From contig JBDRYB010000001.1 of assembly GCA_039803205.1 (NCBI GenBank), positions 203,413 to 267,412 of the forward strand: a DNA stretch of 64,000 bases, in the 5' to 3' direction. Source of the DNA: a candidate division WOR-3 bacterium. GTDB taxonomy: Bacteria > Hydrothermota > Hydrothermia > JBDRYB01. The translations under genes and the position numbers were made by a program. Below are positions 57,779-64,000 of the stretch, one piece after another. Position 1 is the stretch's first letter; each line of letters starts with the position of its first letter. Below the pieces are notes generated by a model. It had not been told where the DNA came from. It saw only the letters and a program-made list of their open reading frames with translations, and made no database searches.

Positions 57779-58948
57779 CTACCGGATAACTCTGATGAAC
57801 CTTTTCTTTCCCACTCTGAGAACGCCCGGATCCAATACAACCTGACCAACCGAGAGCCTCACGCCATTGAGTCTGACCCCTCCACCATCCAGAAGCCTTC
57901 TGGCCTCTGATCTGCTTGAGGCCAAGCCTAACCTGACCAGGAGATCGACGATCTCAATCCCCCCCTCCGGAAGCCTGAATTCGGGCATGTTGTCGGGTTG
58001 GCCACCCTCCCTGAATATCCTTATAAACTCTGCGTCAGCCGCCTCAGCCTCAGCGCTACCGTGGAAGACCTTGACTATCTCCCTTGCAAGCCTGGCCTTG
58101 GCCTCACGGGGCTCTGCCTTTATCAGCTCCATGAGATCAGGGGTCAGCTCCAGCAAGAGCTCGTAATACTCTGGCATGAGCTCGTCCGGTATTGACATTA
58201 TCTTGCCATACATCTCCCTCGGGGGCTCTGTTATGCCGATGTAGTTATCAGAGGACTTTGACATCTTCTTGACCCCGTCTGTCCCCCTGAGAAGGGGCAT
58301 TGTGAGTATGACCTGCGGCTCCTGGCCGAAGTGCTCCTGAACAGCCCTGCCAACGAGGAAATTGAACTTCTGGTCAGTGCCTCCTACCTCAATATCAGCA
58401 GATACAGCATAGGAATCATAGCCCTGATAAAGGGGATAGAGAAACTCGTGGATGTAAATGGGGATCCCCGCCCTAAACCTCTTTTCGTAATCATCCCTCT
58501 CAAGCATCCTGGCGACAGTATAGCAGGACGCCAGCTCAATCACATCCGCCGCGGTCAGTTTAGCGAGCCACTCCGAGTTTCCCCTGACCTCTGTCTTCTC
58601 CGGGTCAAGGACCTTATATACCTGCTGGAAATAGGTTTTGGAGTTCTCCTCCACCTGCTCTTTTGAAAGACGAGGCCTTGTCTCGGATTGTTCCGAGGGA
58701 TCCCCTATCATTCCCGTGAAATCCCCGACTATAAAGATGATGTGAGCCCCGGCTTCCTGCAGCTCCTTGAGCTTCCTGAGGACCACATAGTGGCCGAGGT
58801 GTAGGTCAGGCCTCGTTGGGTCGCAACCCAGCTTTATCCGCAGGGGCCTTCCCTCAATGTGGCGCTTTGCCTTTTGGATGAGATCCCCCTCGGGTAGAAC
58901 CTCGTGTGTCCGAGCCTTTATGAGCGCGAGGAGCTCCTCTAGGGTCAT
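57779..58948 (-). CDS. tyrS: Tyrosine--tRNA ligase
   Basis: [24 protein letters not shown] and C-terminal S4 domain. Confidence 0.97.
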   Translation of the reverse strand: MTLEELLALIKARTHEVLPEGDLIQKAKRHIEGRPLRIKLGCDPTRPDLHLGHYVVLRKLKELQEAGAHIIFIVGDFTGMIGDPSEQSETRPRLSKEQVEENSKTYFQQVYKVLDPEKTEVRGNSEWLAKLTAADVIELASCYTVARMLERDDYEKRFRAGIPIYIHEFLYPLYQGYDSYAVSADIEVGGTDQKFNFLVGRAVQEHFGQEPQVILTMPLLRGTDGVKKMSKSSDNYIGITEPPREMYGKIMSIPDELMPEYYELLLELTPDLMELIKAEPREAKARLAREIVKVFHGSAEAEAADAEFIRIFREGGQPDNMPEFRLPEGGIEIVDLLVRLGLASSRSEARRLLDGGGVRLNGVRLSVGQVVLDPGVLRVGKKRFIRVIR

Positions 58949-59026
58949 GGCGAAGATTATAAAGTTTCGCGAACCCTGTCTGCTCGCTGTGTGATCCTCT
59001 CCCTGAAGGCCGAAGGGGGGAAATAA

Positions 59027-59319
59027 CTACCGGATCACCACCTTGCCGGATTGGTTACGGGTTACGGGTTGCGGGTTGCGGGTTGTCCAGATGTAGACAC
59101 CTGGCTCAAGGCTCAGCCGGTTCTCGCCCTCGTGCAATTCACCGGAATAAGCTAGCCTTCCGTCGGACTTGTATATTTTTATCCCAATATCATAGGGGGA
59201 GATGAAGAGCGCGCCCCCGGAACCGGGGAGCAGGCATAGTCATGGCCCGTTCCGTCAAATGTCTCGGCAAAGATGAACTGACCCATCAGCATGCTTATTG
59301 TTATGAAAAGATACATCAT
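59027..59319 (-). pseudogene. Internally deleted, frameshifted propeller-family gene (signal peptide fused to CTD)
   Basis: MMYLFITISMLMGQFIFAETFDGTGHDYA is fused to CSPVPG; a 1-nt loss in the C5 run at 59214-59218 precedes ALFISPYDIGIKIYKSDGRLAYSGELHEGENRLSLEPGVYIWTTRNPQPVTRNQSGKVVIR*. Confidence 0.85.
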
Positions 59320-59489
59320 GATAAGGCTCACATTATTGAACCTCGTTAATGAGCATCTCAGGATCACCTGACCGCTTAAACTTTGCCCAAAACCTCCCTT
59401 AACTCTCTCCGTCAGGGCCCTCGGAGCTGAGGCTCACGAAATCCTCAAGGAGGTGGAGAAAAGGGTAGGGTCAGCATTATAATCTGGTC

Positions 59490-60221
59490 ATGAAGGTCCG
59501 AGTTATACCCATGCTTTTTCTGGCTACATGCGCGCCCAAAACCTCAAGTCAGCCAGGCCAGGTTGAGAGTGATTTAACCCTAACGCTCGGATACCAAGGG
59601 GGGCTTGTTCCCATTCAGGCGAGGTTTGGCGCTCCTTATCTCATAATCCTGAAGAACGGGGGGGTCTTCAAGCTAACCGAGGAGGGCGAAACCCTCCGCT
59701 ACGCTGGATTTCTCCCCGAGGACAGGGCACGCTTTATTGGCTTCGCGAGGAGGCTGTGGGATTCAGGCCTTGAGGGGAATTTTTCCGTTATGGAGGGAGC
59801 CACAGATCTCCCCTCGCTCGTGATAAGAATGAAAAAGGGGGAGGAAACCAGGGAAATATCCATATACGGCTACCCAATGGGAAGGCTCAAGAAGCCCGGA
59901 GGCCAGTTCATAGATTCAATTATGGCTCTGGCTGGCTCAGCAAAAACAACGGCCGAGGGTTGGGTTCCTTGGGAGGTGGAGCTCAGAGCAATGTCCTGGG
60001 CAGGCGATACGGCCGGATTGCGGGTTTATGACTGGGAGGGGCCGGACATTCCGCTGGACTCCTTAGCAGAGGGATACCTGGCCGCTGAGATCGGGGGAGA
60101 CACCGCCAGGGAGCTGATCATCTATCTCACGGGGAAAACCGCCTACACGAGAAGGGATATGGCCCTTTTCAGGAAGGGGGGAAAGCTATACTGGGTGGCG
60201 ATTATCCCCATCCTCAGGTAA
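59490..60221 (+). CDS. Hypothetical lipoprotein
   Basis: FLATC lipobox-like; ATDLP motif; TATAAT 6 nt upstream of the ATG. Confidence 0.65.
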   Translation: MKVRVIPMLFLATCAPKTSSQPGQVESDLTLTLGYQGGLVPIQARFGAPYLIILKNGGVFKLTEEGETLRYAGFLPEDRARFIGFARRLWDSGLEGNFSVMEGATDLPSLVIRMKKGEETREISIYGYPMGRLKKPGGQFIDSIMALAGSAKTTAEGWVPWEVELRAMSWAGDTAGLRVYDWEGPDIPLDSLAEGYLAAEIGGDTARELIIYLTGKTAYTRRDMALFRKGGKLYWVAIIPILR

Positions 60222-60285
60222 GAGAGGACTGGTTTCGCTGTTTTTATCACCTATCCCTTTCTTCAAAAAGGTTAACCTGAATTTA

Positions 60286-63200
60286 TTACTCCTTCGGGAT
60301 AGCCTTCTCAGCGGCTTCTGCCTCGGCCTTCTCGGCCTCAAGAACGATCTCGCGGAACGGCGGAGCGCCCGTGCCCGCTGGAATGAGGCTCCCTATTATG
60401 ACATTCTCCTTGAGACCCCTGAGCTCGTCCGTCGCGCCGGAAATCGCGGCCATAGAGAGCACCTTCGTGGTATCCTGAAAGCTGGCCGCGGCTATGAAGG
60501 AATCGGTTGACAAAGCGGCTCTCGTTATCCCGAGGAGCACGACCTTGTGCTGGGCTGGCCTTCCGCCTGATGCGACTATCTTTGCGTTCTCCTCCTTGAC
60601 CCTCGCCAGGTCAATCAGGTCTCCGGGCAGGAACTTGGTGTCCCCTGGGTCCTCTATCCGGACCTTTCTGAGCATTTGCCTAACTATTATCTCTATGTGC
60701 TTGTCGTCTATCTCAACGCTGGAGAGCCTGTAGACCTCCTGGATCTGATCGAAGAGGTATTCCTGGACATATTCCTTTCCCCTTATCCGAAGGAGGTCGT
60801 GCGGGTCTATTGAGCCTGTGGTGAGGGGCTCGCCTGCCTCAACGGCTTCACCGTCACCAACGAGGAGATACCTTCCGTAAGGAACATCGTAGTCAACTGG
60901 CTTCCCCTCTTTTGGCACCACTTTGATCTTGAAAACCCCTTTCTCAAGGCTCTCAATTGAAACCACTCCGGCTATCTCGGAAACAAGGGCCTTGTCCGCT
61001 GGGCTTCTGGCTTCAAAAAGCTCCTCAACCCTCGGTAGCCCTCCCGTTATGTCCCTGGTCTTCGCTATTCCAGCAGAGACCTTTGCTATGATGTCCCCTT
61101 CCTCAACCAGGGGAAGCTCAGCCGTTTCTCCGGATTTGACCGCGTCTATTGCCTTGCCAGCGAGGCGGCACTCGTGAACCAGCGCGACCTCCTCTATGAC
61201 CTCTCCGGTCCTCTCGTCCAGGATCACGGCCTTTGGATAAAGCCTGCGCTGACGGGAAACATATATGACATACTCAACCTTGTTCTCCTCAACCGTCTCT
61301 CTGAGGGTTATGTTGGGTATAACATCAACGAGCTTGAGCCTTCCCCTTTTTGATACCAGGATGGGGAGCGCATACGGTTCCCATTCGCAAAGCATGTCCC
61401 CGCGGTTGACCTCCTGGCCATCGGAGACGAGGACCTTTGAACCATAGGGGATGCGGTATACCCTCTCCCTCTTGCCCGTCTCGTCCCTGAGGACGATAAC
61501 GCCCTTCCTGGATAGCACGCTCCTCGCTTTCTTCTTGCCGGCCAGGATTAGGCCCCGGAACTCCACCTTCCCAGCAAAAGCCGCAAAATGCGCGGCCTGC
61601 TGGGCTATACGCTCAGAGACCCCGCCAGTGTGGAATGTCCTAAGGGTCAGCTGGGTCCCTGGTTCTCCGATGGACTGCGCGGCCATAACCCCAACAGCCT
61701 CCCCTATCTCAACTAGACGGCCAGTAGCGAGGTTTCTCCCGTAGCACTTCGCACAAAGCCCGCGCTCGGCCTCACAGTAGAGGACGGATCTTATGGTTAC
61801 CTCCTCTATGCCTGCTGACTCTATTCTCGCGGCCGCATCCTCATCTATTTCCTCGCCTTCTCGGACTATGAGCTCCCCGGTTTCAGGGTCAAAGATGTCA
61901 TCAAAAGCCACCCGGCCAACTATCCTCTCGGATAAGGGCTTTATGACTGTCTCGCCCTCCTTTAGGGCTGTCATGCGCCTTCCCTGAACCGTGCCGCAGT
62001 CATGCTCGGTAATGGTCACCTCCTGCGCCACATCAACGAGACGCCGGGTAAGGTGGCCAGCATTTGCCGTCTTCAACGCGGTGTCCGAGAGGGACTTTCT
62101 GGAACCGTGTGTTGATATGAAGTATTCCATCGAGCTGAGGCCCTCCTTGAGGGAAGAGAGAATAGGGGTTTCTATGAGGTCACCTATCTCCCCCTTCTTG
62201 ACAGGCCTCGCCATCAGGCCCCTCATCCCAGCGAGCTGGCGGACCTGATCCATGTTTCCTCTGGCTCCGGATGAGACTATGATGTGGATGGGGTTGAATC
62301 CCTCCCTGTCCTCAGCCATGCACCTAGAGAGCTCGCGCTTGACCTCCTCGGTGGTCCTCGTCCAGATATCCAGGATGTTCTGATAGCGCTCGGCCCTTGA
62401 GAGCTCGCCCTCCCTGAAGAGCGCGTTGACCCTTTCTACCTCATCAAAAGCCTTCTTTATTATCTTTGATTTGCTAGAGGGGATGAGAAGGTCATCTATG
62501 CCAAAGGTAAGGGCTGAGATGGTTGCGTAAAGAAAACCTGCGTCCTTAAGGTTATCAAGGAGCTCTGTGGTGCCCACTGTCCCCAGGATCTTGAAGCACT
62601 TGGATACCAAGTTTTGTATGGATTTCTTGTCCTGGGTCTCGTTGATGTATCCGACCGCGGCCCTCATATCACGGGGCAGGATGCTGTTGAATATGAGGCG
62701 CCCGACGGTGGTCTTGACCGGAACAAACCTGCCACCAGGAGCGGTATCAAGGGGATCGCCCTCTGCTTTGAGCATCACCATTATCGGGGAGTTCAGACCC
62801 ACGATTTTCGCATCGTAGGCACTGAGAGCCTCTTGCCAATCGGAGAAAGACCTCGTTGGCTCCCCATCAAACCCCTTGGCTTTCGTCAGGTAAGAAAGCC
62901 CGGCAACCATGTCCTTTGTCGGGGCCGCGAGGGGTTTCCCGTGGGCAGGAGACATTATGTTGTGAGGGGCGTAAAGGAGGTAGTAGCTCTCTGCCTGAGC
63001 CTCAAGGGATATTGGCACATGAACTGCCATCTGATCCCCATCAAAATCAGCGTTAAACGCATTACAGACCAAAGGATGTATGGTTATGGCCTTTCCCTCA
63101 ACCAGAACGGGATCAAATGCCTGGACAGAAACCCTATGAAGGGTGGGCGCGCGGTTCAGCCATATGGGATGACGCCTCGTCACATCCTCAAGCATCTCCC

Positions 63201-63999
63201 ATACCCCTTCGTGCCTCTTCTGGAGGAGCTTCCTGGCGCTCTTGGAGCTCTTCGCTAGTCCGGAGTCCTCAAGCTTTCGCTCTATGAAGGGTTTGAAGAG
63301 CTCAACGGCCATCTCCTTTGGTAGGCCGGCCTGATTGAGCTTCAGGTCAGGGCCAACCACGATAACCGAGCGCCCGGAGTAATCAACCCTCTTCCCCAGG
63401 AGATTCCTGCGCAGGCGTCCGTGCTTGCCTCTGAGAATATCCGAGAGGGACTTGAGCTTTCTGCCCCCCCTTCCGGTAACCGGCTTCTTTCTCCGCGAGT
63501 TGTCCAGGAGAGCGTCAACCGCCTCCTGAAGCATGCGCTTCTCGTTCCTGAGGATTATCTCGGGCGCCCTTATGTCCATCATGTGCTTGAGCCGGTTGTT
63601 CCTGGAGATCACATGCCTGTATAGGTCATTCAGGTCAGATGTAGCGTATCTGCCTCCCTCAAGCGGGACAAGGGGCCTGAGGTCCGGGGGAATGACCGGG
63701 AGGACCTCAAGGATCATCCACGCGGGGTTGTTGCCGGAGTTGATGAAGGCCTCAACTATGCGCAGTTTCTTGAGGAGCCTTGCCCTCTTGAGAGCGGAGC
63801 GCTCCACCTTTAGATATGTCTGAAGCTCCAGGTATAGGTTCTCCAGGTTAGTCTTCCTTCCGCCATCAGGAGAGGTGGTCTCCTGAAACAGCTCGTCGAG
63901 GAGCTTCTTTATCGGCGGCGCACCCATCTCGGCCACGAATGAGCCGGGGCCGAACTCATCCCTCTTCTCCTGATACTCGCTTTCTGAGAGTATCTGGCA
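60286..63999 (-). CDS. rpoC: DNA-directed RNA polymerase beta' subunit, partial (5' end beyond the window)
   Basis: [30 protein letters not shown] and GGLPRV motifs; frame open to the right edge. Confidence 0.99.
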   Translation of the reverse strand, partial: CQILSESEYQEKRDEFGPGSFVAEMGAPPIKKLLDELFQETTSPDGGRKTNLENLYLELQTYLKVERSALKRARLLKKLRIVEAFINSGNNPAWMILEVLPVIPPDLRPLVPLEGGRYATSDLNDLYRHVISRNNRLKHMMDIRAPEIILRNEKRMLQEAVDALLDNSRRKKPVTGRGGRKLKSLSDILRGKHGRLRRNLLGKRVDYSGRSVIVVGPDLKLNQAGLPKEMAVELFKPFIERKLEDSGLAKSSKSARKLLQKRHEGVWEMLEDVTRRHPIWLNRAPTLHRVSVQAFDPVLVEGKAITIHPLVCNAFNADFDGDQMAVHVPISLEAQAESYYLLYAPHNIMSPAHGKPLAAPTKDMVAGLSYLTKAKGFDGEPTRSFSDWQEALSAYDAKIVGLNSPIMVMLKAEGDPLDTAPGGRFVPVKTTVGRLIFNSILPRDMRAAVGYINETQDKKSIQNLVSKCFKILGTVGTTELLDNLKDAGFLYATISALTFGIDDLLIPSSKSKIIKKAFDEVERVNALFREGELSRAERYQNILDIWTRTTEEVKRELSRCMAEDREGFNPIHIIVSSGARGNMDQVRQLAGMRGLMARPVKKGEIGDLIETPILSSLKEGLSSMEYFISTHGSRKSLSDTALKTANAGHLTRRLVDVAQEVTITEHDCGTVQGRRMTALKEGETVIKPLSERIVGRVAFDDIFDPETGELIVREGEEIDEDAAARIESAGIEEVTIRSVLYCEAERGLCAKCYGRNLATGRLVEIGEAVGVMAAQSIGEPGTQLTLRTFHTGGVSERIAQQAAHFAAFAGKVEFRGLILAGKKKARSVLSRKGVIVLRDETGKRERVYRIPYGSKVLVSDGQEVNRGDMLCEWEPYALPILVSKRGRLKLVDVIPNITLRETVEENKVEYVIYVSRQRRLYPKAVILDERTGEVIEEVALVHECRLAGKAIDAVKSGETAELPLVEEGDIIAKVSAGIAKTRDITGGLPRVEELFEARSPADKALVSEIAGVVSIESLEKGVFKIKVVPKEGKPVDYDVPYGRYLLVGDGEAVEAGEPLTTGSIDPHDLLRIRGKEYVQEYLFDQIQEVYRLSSVEIDDKHIEIIVRQMLRKVRIEDPGDTKFLPGDLIDLARVKEENAKIVASGGRPAQHKVVLLGITRAALSTDSFIAAASFQDTTKVLSMAAISGATDELRGLKENVIIGSLIPAGTGAPPFREIVLEAEKAEAEAAEKAIPKE

Positions 64000-64000
64000 C

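Noticed and set aside
60286..63936. rpoC starting at GTG 63936, or a split rpoC
   Set aside because: The frame stays open to the window edge with RpoC-like sequence ([15 protein letters not shown]); it is simply cut by the window.

Overview
Bacterial chromosomal window. By inference it is a diderm FCB-group organism, probably thermophilic and WOR-3-like: it has a PorX-type regulator, many T9SS-type C-terminal sorting domains (CTDs), a sigma70 lacking region 1.1 and frequent AGG/ATA codons. Housekeeping genes include pfkA, folK, panB, fabG, asnA, trmB, rmlC, nusB, rimO, surE, pcm, gcvT, tyrS, hemW, wza/wzc and a partial rpoC. They are interspersed with 11 secreted beta-propeller genes carrying T9SS-like CTDs. 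The most striking signal is an apparent diversification system for secreted binding proteins. (i) Three near-identical 7-blade propeller genes (6.3-7.8, 17.5-19.0 and 19.1-20.6 kb) are built from 153-bp blades with a constant framework and hypervariable Y/W/D/S/R-rich loops that recur in mosaic order. (ii) Each of the three is preceded by a CTD 3' tail containing a (GGGTTRC)n heptamer array that matches the G-quadruplex consensus. Two of these tails are orphans, and a hollowed-out pseudogene of the family lies at 59 kb. (iii) A six-gene array of divergent propellers (36-45.4 kb) sits behind a BTAD-type regulator; three members share a near-identical 3' end plus a hairpin repeat. Also present are an isolated phage-type initiator + DnaC-like pair, a cheY-cheC-TPR-DUF4388 operon without a kinase, a beta-flower-like repeat protein, many apparently leaderless promoters and strong GTAC/TCGA avoidance. 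No rRNA, tRNA, CRISPR array, integrase, transposase or reverse transcriptase was seen. All product calls come from motif recognition by eye, not database searches.
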